From Octopus sinensis (Eukaryota), in NCBI RefSeq assembly GCF_006345805.1, contig NC_043002.1:76136001-76200000 (forward strand): a stretch of DNA of 64,000 bases, given 5' to 3'. Positions 36,480 through 48,800 of the stretch are shown here, one piece after another. How positions within the stretch are numbered: the first letter of the stretch is position 1; each line of letters starts with the position of its first letter. Made by a program: the position numbers and the translations under genes. Under the pieces are notes generated by a model, which saw only the letters and a list, made by a program, of their open reading frames with translations, did no database searches and was not told where the DNA came from.

Positions 36480-37090
36480 TGCAGGCGTGGATGTGTGCTG
36501 AGAAGCTTACTTCCCAACCACATGGTTCTGGGTTCAGTCCCACTGCAAGGCGGCTTGGGCAAATGTCTTCTACCGAACTGGCAGAATCGTTAGCACGTCA
36601 GGCGAAATGCTTAGCGGTATTTCATCTGCCGCTACGTTCTGAGTTCAAATTCCGCCGAGGTCGACTTTGCCTTTCATCCTTTCGGGGTCGATAAATAAAG
36701 TACCAGTTTCGCACTGGGGTCGATGTAATCGACTTAATCCCTTTGTCTGTCTTTGTTTGTCCCCTCTGTGTTTAGCCCCTTGTGGGCAATAAAGAAATAT
36801 ATATATATACCAAGGAAGGCCTCGTGAGTGGATTTGGTACAAGGAAACTTAAAGAAGGCCGTTGTATATATATATGTGTGTGTGTGTGTGTATTTGTCCT
36901 TGTCTCCTCATCACCCCTTGACGACCGGTGCTGGGGAGTTTATGTTCCGGTAACGACAGAATAAGTACCAGGCTTAAAAGAGAGAAAAAATATGTATTGG
37001 GGTCGATTCATTCGACTAAAAAATTCTTCATGGTGGTGCCCCAGCATGACCTCAGTCTAATGCCTGAAACAAGTAAAACAAAAGATAACA
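36480..37090 (+). mobile_element. SINE family A interrupted by a SINE family B copy (about 36575-36800)
   Basis: The SINE A head ends at aaatgtcttctac, the SINE B body follows, and SINE A resumes at gcctcgtgagtggatttggta and continues to the ggtggtgccccagcatg tail. Confidence 0.8.
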
Positions 37091-37173
37091 AGATAAAACC
37101 TATCGACGGTCTGCAGCGCCTGATTCTGTACGTGATTGAAAACGAACTAAAATATAGATATGCAAACATTATT

Positions 37174-37589
37174 AGGTGCATGAGCGGCTGAGTGGTAAGA
37201 AGCTTGCTTCCCAACCGCATGGTTCTGGGTTCAGTCCCACTACGTGGCACCTTAGGCGAGTGTCTTCTACTATAGCATTGGGCTGATCAAATCTTTGTGA
37301 ATGGATTTGCAAACTTAAAGAAGCCCGTTGTATATATTTGTATATATGTGTATGTGTGTGTGAGTGCGTGTGTGTGTGTGCATATGTGTGTGTATTTGCC
37401 ACCACACCATCGCTTGACACCGATGTTTGGGTGCTTACGTCACCGTAATCTAGCGGTTCGGCAAAAGAGATGGATATAATAAGTACAAAGCTTACAAAGA
37501 ATAAGTCTTGGGGTCGGTTTGTTCGACAAAAGACGGTGCCCCAGCATGGTCACAGTCAAATGACTGAAACGAGTAAAAGAATAAAAGAA
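37174..37589 (+). mobile_element. SINE family A, full length
   Basis: Contains the head, the internal (TA/TG) tract, the body and the gacggtgccccagcatggtcacagtcaaatgactgaaacgagtaaaagaataaaagaa tail. Confidence 0.88.
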
Positions 37590-37784
37590 TATATATGTAT
37601 ACGCCTATATATGTCGATATATAAAGATTCCTATAAGCAACGATATCCATTTATGCAAGCACATTCTGCATGCATGCATACTTACATATATGCATACACA
37701 TGCATATACACATATACATATGCATTTATGCGTGTGTGTGTGTTTGTGTGTGTGCGTGTGTGTGTGTGTGCGCGCGCGTGTCAA

Positions 37785-37960
37785 GGTGCATAGCCTCTTG
37801 TTTAGGAGTGAAGCTCTCACGATTGCGATATTGTAATTTCGATTCCTAGAACGGCTGGTACGTTGCTGTTCTCTTCGGCAAATCACTTCCTTTTACGTTG
37901 GTCTGAGAACGCGTCAGCATCTGACGTGTGGAATACTTATGCCACACGAACAGGCAATGT
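37785..37960 (+). mobile_element. SINE family C, degenerate
   Basis: Reads ggtgcatagcctcttgtttagg...tttcgattcctag...ctgttctcttcggcaaatcacttccttttacgttg, similar to 4518-4790. Confidence 0.45.
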
Positions 37961-38386
37961 CCATTTGATTGAGAGTGTGAGCATAGGTACAACATAAGCA
38001 TTGGATCACAATATACAAATCATCTGTGTGGTTGTCGGAAAATAAATTGCAGAACACCTTCATACAGCATCTAAAAATGGGAGAGTCTTTCATATATGTG
38101 TGTGTGTGTGTGTGCGTATGTGTGTGTGTGTGTGTGTGTGTGTTGTGTGTGTGTGTGTGTGTGTGTGTGTACACGTAGACAGAAAGAAAGCAAAGACTGA
38201 AGATTTTCAAACGATGATTATTTAGGTATAAATATATAGACATTTATATCTTAATAGATCGAACTTACACAGAGTACAAAGTACAGAGAAAATTAAATAT
38301 GTGGAGGGAAGGTGTTACCAATCCAACAACTGTTTCTGGGAGCTCGGAGACACATCATATCGTTGAATGCCTGGATCTAATCTGGT

Positions 38387-38496
<110 letters not shown>

Positions 38497-38519
38497 TGTG
38501 TGTGTGTATGTATGATTCC

Positions 38520-39325
38520 ATTACCTGTACTTCTAACAGTGTTATCTACTGAATCTTCTGCTCTTTCTGTCCTCTGTACGTGGGTCAAACGGAACGTCGC
38601 TTGGCTGACCGGTTCGCGGAGCGCCTCCAAGATATTAGACTCGGCAATGACACCCCGGTCTCGCGCCATTTCAGCTCTACCGGTTATTTATTACAACACC
38701 TGTCTGTGTTCGGATTGTCTTTGCACAGGGACCATCCAGACTCCCGCCTTCGCCGTGAACAGGAGTTAATCTTCTCTCATCACTCCTTCGCGCCATATGG
38801 GCTAAACTCCCCTCCCCTCTTCATCTGACTCCCATCGTCTTCCCAAACCCATACTCCACCTTCATATCCCCATACCCAACACCGCCACACCACACACCAC
38901 CACATCACATTACACCACCCCACATCACTCCGCACACACTAGCACTGACACCATCATCCACATACACATTACAGACGCAAACACTTACACACGCACACAT
39001 CCACACGTCAAAGTCAGCAGCCGCACACACTCTCACATATATGCACGCGCACCTTCGTTTTGGGATCACCAGTAGTTTATTATCTCCCCTTCTTCCTAGC
39101 TCTCCTGTCTAACTACCTTTGTCCAACCAATCACCATGATTGACCGCTAACTCCAAAAGTATTTTATTCTCTCTCTGTTTATTACTTCGTGTTCCTTTCT
39201 GTTCATGTGCGTAGGCTCGAAACGTAAAAGACTTTCCCACATTCTCGAACGTCAAATCAATACACCTGCTTGTTGTTTATACACTTGTCTTCGTCTTTAG
39301 TTTTTCTGTAAATTCGAACTATATA
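38520..39325 (+). mobile_element. Penelope-like element 3' end: GIY-YIG endonuclease remnant plus pLTR (family P3)
   Basis: Translates as TCTSNSVIY*IFCSFCPLYVGQTERRLADRFAERLQDIR...RLRREQELIF...GLN. It is followed by a CA/CT-rich tract and a degenerate hammerhead at 39195-39230 (cttt-ctgttca...ctc-GAAA-cg-TA-aaag). Confidence 0.85.
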
Positions 39326-39384
39326 TATATATAATTTAGATATGTTCCGACCAAAGATTGGTCGAAGCCATGTCTAAATTAATA

Positions 39385-40405
39385 TTAGGTCGTCAAGTAT
39401 AAAATTTGTAGTAAAGTCTATAATAAACTCTGACAGCTGCTCATTTTGCGCTGTTATATTTTGACAGTTTTATTTTTTTGTTAGAAAGCCTACACATCTA
39501 TTTCTTTACTCTGACTCAATTCGCGCTTTATGAAGTATTTATAAATCGTTCTTTCTTGGAAATACAGCATCACAGGCAGCTCGGAATATTAATGGAGTAT
39601 TTCATTCTAATGCTAGTACATAGCAGATAGTGTCAAAATGGTTTGCAAAATTTCGTTCTGGTAACTTTGACCTCGCAAAGAGCAATGCTGTCGATCAGAA
39701 ACAAAGGTGGATGGTGAGGAAATAAAAGCCACGGTTGAGTCAGATCCATCTCAAAGTGCCCGTGAATTTATCATTGTTGTTTGGTGTTAGCAAGCAATGA
39801 ATATTGACTTACCTAGTTCAAATCGGTAAAGTGAAAAATTTGGATAAGTGGGTTCCACATTAACTCAATGAAAATCAGAAGCAGCAACGTTTGGAAGCCT
39901 GCATTATGCTACTTTCTCGTCACAAAAATTAATCACATTTTAATCGAATCGTAAGATGTGATGAAAAATGGATCCAATACAACCGTAAACGTTCAGTACA
40001 ATGGCCGGACAAAGACGAGCCACCAAAACACAGTCCAAAAAGCAAAATGATCAAAAGAAGCTGATGGTGTGTGTTTGGGGATCTGGTGCAGGGGTGATCC
40101 ATTATGATTTCATTAAACCTGGCTCATCAATCACGGCCGAAGTATACTGCAGCCAACTGAACCAAATGATGCAGAAACTTACAAATAAAAAGACAGGCTT
40201 GATTAGTCAACAGATCCACTCTTATTTTATTGCAAGACAACGCCAGACCACACATCGCAAAATCGACATTGGCGAAACTACAGGAGTTGGAGTTGGAAGT
40301 TTTCCTTCATCCACCATACTCACCTGATCTTGCCCCCACTGACTACCACTTCTTCCAGTATTTGGATAACGTTTTGATAGGAGAAGAAATTAATTCCGAC
40401 GATGA
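39385..40405 (+). mobile_element. Decayed mariner transposon, 3' end truncated by a LINE insertion
   Basis: Remnants include AARNINGVF, KWFAKFRSGNFDL, CDEKWIQYN, LMVCVW, LQDNARPH and HPPYSPDLAPTDYHFF. Confidence 0.9.
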
Positions 40406-41400
40406 GTGAGTTGTATTCAGGTATAGGTGGCTTATCTGGTTTTCCTTGAAGAAATTTGTCCAGGTTCAATCTAAAGGTGATGGGATCATTTTCCCCTTTG
40501 ATATGTTTTGGGACAATGTTAAAGAGGGCAGGGCCTGTTGAGGAAAAGAAATTGTGTTGCAGTGTATTTATGTGTTGTGATCCTGAAAGCTAATATTGAG
40601 GTCGTTTTGGCAATGCTTGTGGTATATTCTCCACATCGTGCAAACTCTTCTCCCTCCGCTGGAGGGAGTAGAGTTTCAGTGCTTTAAGGTGGTCCCTGTA
40701 ATCGAGATCAGTCAAGACCTTAATTCTTTTAGTGAATGAACTCTGGGGTGATTCAGTTTTTGAAATGTTTTATTTTGTACGGGGAGACCACAGGGGAAAG
40801 AGTATTCGAAGGGGAATGATGACACCTCGTTCTCTGGACCGGACGGTTCTTACGACCCAGGAGCTCACCCTACGAGTTACATCGATTTTATTGTTGATGT
40901 AGGCACTCCAGCTGAGATTGTTAACAATTACTCCTAGATCTCTGATATTATTCTTTCTACTCTAGGCATCAGGTCCGAAATTTTGGGGGAGAGCCAGCCG
41001 ATTAGATCAACCCCAGGACGCAACTGGGACTTCATTTAACGACCCCGAAAGGATGAAAGACAAAGTTGACCTCGGCGGAATTTCAATTCAGAACATAAAG
41101 ATAGATGAAATACCGCTAAACATTTCGCCTGGCGTGCTAACTTTTCTGCCAGCTCGCCGCCTTAGGTCTCTGATATTAATAGATGCTGTGAGTGGTCCCC
41201 TGAAGGAAGAGAACATGGCTAGTTTAGCCTAGACTTTCTTCCAAAATTCATTAGCTTAAATTTTACCTCGTTTAGTTGTATTTTGTTTTTGTCCCCCCAT
41301 AAACTCACAGCATGTAGATCAGACTGGAGTTCGGTACGGTCTTCTCCATACATAATTTTCTGTAGCTCGGAGTCATTACAAGTCCAGCAGTTTTCCTGGG
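40406..41400 (-). mobile_element. Second CR1/L2-group LINE 3' fragment, interrupted by a SINE
   Basis: Minus-strand remnants DDSELQK...LQSDLHAVSLWGDKNKIQLNEVKF, LKALKLYSLQRR and TGPALFNIVPKHIK...NLDKFL. Confidence 0.75.
40951..41162 (-). mobile_element. SINE family B (tail type 2) with TSD
   Basis: Reverse complement starts ggcggcgagctggcagaaaagttagcacgcc. The TSD tag(a/g)tctctgatatta is at 40935-40950 and 41163-41178. Confidence 0.88.
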
Positions 41401-41448
41401 GACTAAGAGACGTTTCAATACGTTGAATGTCTGGATCTCATCTGTTGG

Positions 41449-41481
<33 letters not shown>

Positions 41482-41485
<4 letters not shown>

Positions 41486-41875
41486 AATAAGAGTATCTGA
41501 GAGATACCACCATGCCGAAATAGCAGTCAAAACCATGACCCTAAAAACCAACTTATATATGCACGTATTGCACATACGTGTATATATATGTATGTATGGA
41601 CGTTCGTATATGTAAGTATAACGTATGTTCTGTATATATATATATTTGTATTTATGTACCTATCTGGTATATTCAACTGACGAAGGCAGAGCTTATTTGA
41701 AGCAAAGTCAGAAATCCAGGATCTTGAATTATCCAGTAAAATCTTTTTCTTGCTAGTTTATTTTGTCTCTTTGTCTTATCACATGGCGCGATATGAACAT
41801 TTAAGGTGGTTTTTAGGGTCAGAGTTTTGACTGCTATTTCGGCATGGTGGTATCTCTCAGATACCCTTATTTATA
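41482..41875. repeat. Inverted repeat (about 74 bp arms, 246 bp spacer), MITE-like
   Basis: 41482-41555 (ataaataagagtatctgagagataccaccatgccgaaatagcagtcaaaa...) pairs with the reverse complement of 41802-41875. It belongs to the same family as 46471-46622. Confidence 0.85.
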
Positions 41876-41970
41876 GATTTAAATAATTATTACCTTTCTA
41901 TGGTATTTATTCCCAGGCTGGCCACTTGATAAAATCGATATTTAAATATCGATATTATCCTTATTTATGA

Positions 41971-42035
<65 letters not shown>

Positions 42036-42749
42036 TATCCTGTGGACATAACTATATAGGACAAACAAGTATCACACTGAGACGGAGAATTACACTACAT
42101 AAGGAACAGATTCGGTTCCCGCAGTACAGACAGATTCTTTTAAGTGAAGCCATAGAGAGACGTTCATGTAATATCCAACCAAACTTCGCCGTTTTCCACA
42201 TCTACCAGCGCAAAGAAACAATTTCTGTACAAGAACGTTGAAATAAAGCAAATTTATTCATCGAAAAACACAGAACACGGCTAAATAAGAGTGCATAACC
42301 AACGTTAGTCTCAGTATATAGTTTAATTCATGATCACATACCCATCACTATGCATATTGCATTTCAATTCTTTAGTTTTTGAGTTTTTGTATATATATTT
42401 ATTTAACCCCCAAAAGACCAGCAGTTACCTCTCTTGCTCCCAATAATAATGATCCCCATCCACCGTCCCTTACATTTTTCTACTTGTTGAATCATTCATT
42501 CACAAACTTCTCCACACACAACATGGATGAAAATCCTTCATAAGAAAATACGAAATTACAATAATTTCAATGTTAAGATTAGCAAAAGTGAAACCGGTCG
42601 ACAAACTCAATAGACTGTCACTTATAAGATATATTTAAAAATATATATTAATAATTAAAGCTATGTAAGCTGTGTGCATTTTCCTTCTCTTATATATATA
42701 TATATATATATAATATATATATATATATTATATTATATATATATATATG

Positions 42750-42840
<91 letters not shown>

Positions 42841-43244
42841 TGATAGATAGATACAGATATATACTGTGTACATACGTAAGGGATACTGGTGGAATGCACC
42901 AATAAAAACATCAATTCGATGCAAACGTAACAGATCTTATAGTGTTCTGTGGGACAGGAAACAAAACTCATGCACTGCTGTAGAGGTCACATGCCAATCG
43001 GATGTGAATGTCCAATGAAAAGTCAAGAAAAAAAGAGAACATTTATGAGGAATTAATGCGGAAACTACAGATTTTGAACCCTGACTATGAATTCTCATTT
43101 GTACGTAATGTCATTTGCAGAAAAACCTAGAAAAACACGATTTCACGGGAAAAGAGCAAAAGAAACTGGCGCAGATTCTCTTTACATCGTCAAATGTTCA
43201 GGCGATGAGGGCGATTAATTAGAACATGAAACCAAAGATATATA

Positions 43245-43415
43245 AGGGTCAGGTGTGGCTGTGTGATAAAAAGCTTGCTTCCCAACCACATGATTCTGTG
43301 GCACCTTGGGCAAGTGTCTTCTACTATAGACTCAGGACAATCAAAGTCTTGCGAGTGGATTTAGTAGAAAAATAACTGAAAGAAACCTGTCATGTGTGTG
43401 CTCGTGTGTGCGTGC

Positions 43416-43447
<32 letters not shown>

Positions 43448-43785
43448 CTTTCTGTTTGTGTTTGTCCATCATCGCGCTTGATAACCGAGTTACTTATGTT
43501 ATCTATGTCCGAGTAACTTAGGGCTTCGGCAAAAGGTGACCGATGGAATAAGTACCAGGCTTAAAAATAATCTTTTCTACCCTAGGCACAAAGCCAGGAA
43601 TTTTGGGGGATGGTCCATTCGATCACGTCGACTCCAGTACGCAACTCAACTGGTACTTAATTTATCGACCCCGAAAGGATGAAAGGCAAAGTCGACCTCG
43701 CGGAATTTGAACTCAGAAGTAACAGCAGACGAAGAATCTGGTAAGCATTCGCTGGCGTGCAAACGGTTCTGTCAGTGCGGGGCCA
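43245..43785. mobile_element. SINE A (+, about 43245-43565) tail-to-tail with SINE B (-, about 43565-43785)
   Basis: Recognisable A head and body, followed by the reverse-complement B body cgaccccgaaaggatgaaaggcaaagtcgacctcgcggaatttgaactcagaa. Confidence 0.8.
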
Positions 43786-43835
43786 AAAACAGAAAGAAAC
43801 ACAATATTGTATGTATATATATATATATATATATA

Positions 43836-44200
43836 TAGCAGTATCGCCCGGCGTTGCTCAGGTTTGTAGGTAATAACTATAAAGCATTTTTAGAGAGTTA
43901 TAGCCAAAAAATAGCAAAAAAAATGAAAAAAGATGATGGTAAATTTTTTTGTAGTTTAAAAAAGGTGGAGTTGCGTCCCCTAGAAGTTTGTGTTTTTTAT
44001 TCTGGACCCCATGTCGAAGTTACGAGGTTTCAGCACTGGGGGAACTTTTCAAAATTTTCGCTGCGTTAGTTTTGAATTATGACATTGGGATATGTGTGTG
44101 TCAAGTTCATCAGAATCGGTTGAAAGCCGTGGTCAGGGTGATAGGTACAAGCAAACAGACACCACAGAAACACGCACAGGACAAAACTGCCGTTTATATA
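43836..44200 (+). mobile_element. Helitron-like non-autonomous element (Lep1/HINE-like) inserted in (TA)n
   Basis: 5' end tagcagtatcgcccggcgttgctc, internal gtcaagttcatcagaatcggttgaaagccg, and a 3' acaaacagacac...ctgccgtttatata tract. The resemblance to this element type is from recollection. Confidence 0.45.
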
Positions 44201-44206
44201 TATATA

Positions 44207-44249
<43 letters not shown>

Positions 44250-44290
44250 TATATATAATATATATATATTAGATATATATGTATATATGA

Positions 44291-44323
<33 letters not shown>

Positions 44324-44376
44324 ATAATTTATATGTATATATACATATAACATATATATATATAGATATATATTAA

Positions 44377-46091
44377 GTTCTTTGTCCATGTGTATTTTTC
44401 TACATACCTTAACATATATTCCAGGCGCGCCCGTACCCCCCTTATCATTATGTGAACACATATCTTAATAATTGGTACGCTCTCTGTTTGTCTCTCTCTC
44501 TCTCTCATTTTTACTTGATCTGTCCCCCCCCCTCTCTCTTTCTTCTCCTCTTATTCATCTTCTCTTTCCTCTGATCCTTTGGTCTAGTCTTCCACTACCT
44601 TCCTATTTCTTTGTCTCGCTCTGCACTCACAGGTCATTCTTCGACACCCATCCCTTCTCCTCTCTGATTCCTTCTTTCTCTCTCTTCTCTCTCTTTGTTG
44701 CGTTTTGTCTCCCTTTTCTCTCTCTCCTCTTCCTTTGCTTCTTCTCTTTCTTTTCTTTTCCCTCTTCTCTGTGTCACGTGACTGTTGGCCGAAATCTGCC
44801 TTTCAGCTCCTGACCCTCGTCGTGTTAACATCGTTGTTTTTCGTCCGCCGCTATAAAGGCTTTTTCCAATGCGCCAGAGAAAAATTTGTTTGCTTGTTAT
44901 CAGTCGTAAGACACTTGTTGTTTTCCACCGTTAATGCTTCTGTATTCATGTTTCTGTATTCCATTATTGTTTTTTGTTTTTTTTATATCTGTCCCTTTTG
45001 CTGTCCTGGTGTTCGTATGCATTCGATCCTTCTTCCAGGAAATCTACGCTTCCAGCTTAGTTTTCTAATGCTCGTTGCTTAGTTTTTCTTGGAGGGCTGG
45101 CCGTGATCTAGTAATCTCAAGATTATCAGCCGAAATTACTACGATGATCCGGTTCTTGACTGAAGACTGAGGGGTTCGAATGTCCTGTCCATGTTTATTG
45201 TATCGTCTTCTAAGAGTTATACGTTCTTGTCCATGTTGTATTTTTCTACATACTTAACATATATCCAGGCGCCCCGTACCCCCCTTATCATTAATGTGAA
45301 CACATATTCTTAATAATTGGTACGACTCTCTGTTTGTCTCTCTCTCTCTCTCATTTTTACTTGATCTGTCCCCCCCTCTCTCTCTTTTCTCTCTATTCAT
45401 CTTCTCTTTCCTCTGATCCTTGGTCTAGTCTTGCCACTACCCCCTATTTCTTTGTCTCGCTCTGCACTCACAGGTCATTCTTCGACACCCTCCCTCTCCT
45501 CTCTGATTCCTTCTTTCTCTCTCTTCTCTCTCTTGTTGCGTTTTGTCTCCCTTTTGTCTCTCTCTCTTCCTTTGCTTCTCTTTCTTTTCTTTTCCCTCTT
45601 CTCTGTCACGTGACTGTTGGCCGAAATCTGCCTTTCAGCTCCTGACCCTCGTCGTGTTAACATCGTTGTTTTTCGTCCCCGCTATAAAGGCTTTTTCCAA
45701 TGCGCCAGAGAAAAAAAATTGTTTGCTTGTTATCAGTCGTAAGACACTTGTTGTTTTCACCGTTAATGCTTCTGTATTTCATGTTTCTGTATTCATTATT
45801 GTTTTTTTTTTTTTTTTTATATCTGTCCCTTTTGCTGTCCTGTGGTGTTCGTATGCATTCGATCCTTCTTCCAGGAAATCTACGCTTCAGCTTAGTTTTT
45901 CTAATGATCGTTGCTTAGTTTTTCTTGGAGGGCTGGCCGTGATCTAGTAATCTCAAGATTAATCAGCCGAAATACTACGATGAGATCCGGTTCTTGACTG
46001 AGACTGAGGGGTTCGAATGTCCTGTCCATGTTTATTGTATCGTCTTCTAAGAGTTATACGTTCTTGTCCATGTTGTATTTTTCTACATACC

Positions 46092-46095
<4 letters not shown>
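44377..46095. repeat. Two head-to-tail units of about 840 bp plus 35 bp of a third, flanked by (TA)n
   Basis: The unit start gttct(t)tgtccatgt(t)gtatttttctacatac occurs at 44377, 45223 and 46060. The copies differ mostly by 1-bp indels. Confidence 0.92.
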
Positions 46096-46157
<62 letters not shown>

Positions 46158-46294
46158 ATATATATAAAGGAAATGAAAGAAATTCTGACAAAATAATTTA
46201 AGTAAGGAGAGTGTATTTAATTAGGTGAGAACCCAACACCATGTGACTGGAAAACAAACTTCTTAGCACACAGCCACGCATGCCGTATATCTAC

Positions 46295-46389
<95 letters not shown>

Positions 46390-46470
46390 GATAAGCTCGT
46401 TATTTAAATATTGATCTCATCAAGTGGCCAGCATAGGAATAAAAACCTTTAAAGGTAATAATTATTATTA

Positions 46471-46622
46471 AATTATAATTTAGAGTATCTAAGAGATACC
46501 ACCTCGCTGGAAATAGCACCAAAAACTTGACTCTAAAACCACATTTAATGTAGTTTTAGAGTCAAGCTTTGGCTGCTATTTCCAGCATGGTGGTATCTCT
46601 TAGATGCCCTAAATAATTAATT
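46471..46622. repeat. Near-perfect palindrome (about 75 bp arms, 1-nt loop)
   Basis: 46471-46545 pairs with the reverse complement of 46547-46622. The arm sequence matches the family at 41482-41875. Confidence 0.85.
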
Positions 46623-46623
46623 T

Positions 46624-46673
<50 letters not shown>

Positions 46674-46699
46674 GAAAGAGAGATAGGTAGATGCAAAGA

Positions 46700-46910
46700 T
46701 GAGCCGGTAGAATCGTTAGCAATTAGAAAAATACACTTCATAGCGTTTTGTCTTTATGTTGTGAGTTCAAATTCCTTCGAAGTCGACTTTGCCTTTCATT
46801 TTTCCGTGGATCAATGAAATAAGTACCAGTTGAGCACTGGTGTCGATGTACTCGATTAGCTTCCCTTTAGCTCAAAACTGCTGCCTAGTGCCAAAATGAG
46901 AAATAATGTT
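46700..46910 (+). mobile_element. SINE family B, degenerate (tail type 2)
   Basis: Reads ggtagaatcgttagc...gagttcaaattccttcgaagtcgactttgcctttcatt...aagtaccagttgagcactggtgtcgatg. Confidence 0.75.
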
Positions 46911-47181
46911 TTTGAACGTCACGATTAAAGAAAGAATATTTGAGCGGGAGTGGGGGTGGGGATTGATTAGAATCTTAATTCAAGCAGCAATAGTACTAAT
47001 ATATGTGTTGTTTCAAACCTAAACACATCCAAGAAGTTAATTTAGTCCTGTCTCAACATTTTCCATAAATCTATATATTAATAACTTCTTAATGATAAAT
47101 TACTCTTTCATATCTCAAATATCTACATCTATGTCTGTCTGTCTGTCGCCCTCTCTCTCCTCTCTCTCTCTCTCTCTCTCC

Positions 47182-47253
<72 letters not shown>

Positions 47254-47959
47254 GTGTGTGTGTGATATATATGTATATATGTATATCTATCTGTCTATCT
47301 ATCTATCTATCTATATATATATATGTATATATATACATATATATACATATATATATATATACATATATATACATATATATACATATATATATATTTAATA
47401 TATAACATATATATATATATATATATATAGCATATTATATATATAATATATATATATATATATAATATATCTATATAGATATATATATATATATATATAT
47501 ATACCATGTATATATTATATATACATATGTATGTATGTATGTATGTATCTTCTACTCTATATACACACATACACATCGTCCATATACAACTTATAGTGTA
47601 GAAATTCAAAGCAATAGTCCTATATTTCAAATACGGAGTAAAATTTGCAAGATGTTCCTATGGCATGATTCAATTAAAATAGTATATAGAGTTGTCCAAA
47701 TATCTCATTAGTGTCAACTCTGTAGTGATAGTTTGAGTAATGGCTTCTTGCGTATGTATTTTAAATGAATCTTTGAATGTTTGATGATCTTATCTCTCAC
47801 GATGTGTTGCCGACTGATATATTTCAAAAGGTGTTAAATATGTCTTAGAATCAAGGATGCCATTATTTCGTAGATTTTCATAAAACTATAATAATTTTGG
47901 CGTATTTTGTCAGCTAATTTCTTGTTCTATGTTTTTTCTATGAACATATTTCAGATTTC

Positions 47960-48149
47960 AGGCGCAGGAGTGACTGTGTGGTAAGTAGCTTGCTTACCAA
48001 CCTCATGGTACCGGGTTCAGTCCCACTGCGTGGCTCCTTGGGCAAGTGTCTTCTACTATAGCCTCGGGTCGACCAAAGCCTTGTGAGTGGATTTGGTAGA
48101 ACCGGAAACTGAAAAGAAGCCCGACGTATATATACATACATATATAATA

Positions 48150-48185
<36 letters not shown>

Positions 48186-48800
48186 GTGTGTGTGTGTGTT
48201 GTGTGTGTCATGTGTATGTATATGTTTGTGTTCTGTATTTGTCCCCCCAACATCGCTTGACAAACGATGCTGGTGTGTTTACGTCCCCGTCATATAGCTA
48301 TTCGGCAAGAGAGACCGATGAAATAACTACTAGGCTTACAAAGAATAAGTCCTGGGGGCGATTTCCTCGACTAAAGGCAGTGCTCCAGCATGGCCGCAGT
48401 CAAATGACTTAAACAAAAAATAAAAGAATACAGGCGCAGGCGTAGCTGTGTGGTAAGACGGTTGTTTCCCAGCATGGTTCCCGGTTGAGTCCCGCAGTGT
48501 GGCACCTTGGGCAAGTGTTTCAACTATAGCATGGGCCGACAAGAAGACCATGTGAGTGGATTTGATTGACGGGACACTGAAAGCCTGTCATGTGTGTGTG
48601 TGTGAGAGTGTTTGTTTGTGTATGTGTGTGTTACACCGATGCTTGACAACTGTTGTGCTTATCTCCAAGTAACTTAGCGATAGAATAAATACCGGGCTTT
48701 TAAAACATATAAGTACTGGAATCGATTCATTCGACTAAAAATTCTCCAAAGTGGTGCCCCAGTATGGCCGCAGTTTAATGACTGAAGAAAGTAAAAGTTG
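47960..48800 (+). mobile_element. Two tandem SINE family A copies (47960-48430 well preserved; 48431-48800 degenerate)
   Basis: Each copy starts aggcgcagg(a/c)gt(g/a)(a/g)ctgtgtggtaag and ends with a gtgc(t/c)ccag(c/t)atggccgcagt tail. Confidence 0.9.

Noticed and set aside
41677-41700. CTGACGA-aggc-aga-gctt hammerhead-like start
   Set aside because: No GAAA follows stem II and stems I and III are absent.
44377-46095. CRISPR-like or prokaryotic repeat arrays anywhere in the window
   Set aside because: There is no short repeat with unique spacers, and the context is eukaryotic.
47960-48050. tRNA genes at SINE heads
   Set aside because: A-box-like and B-box-like motifs are present, but I see no complete cloverleaf and the sequence continues into SINE bodies.
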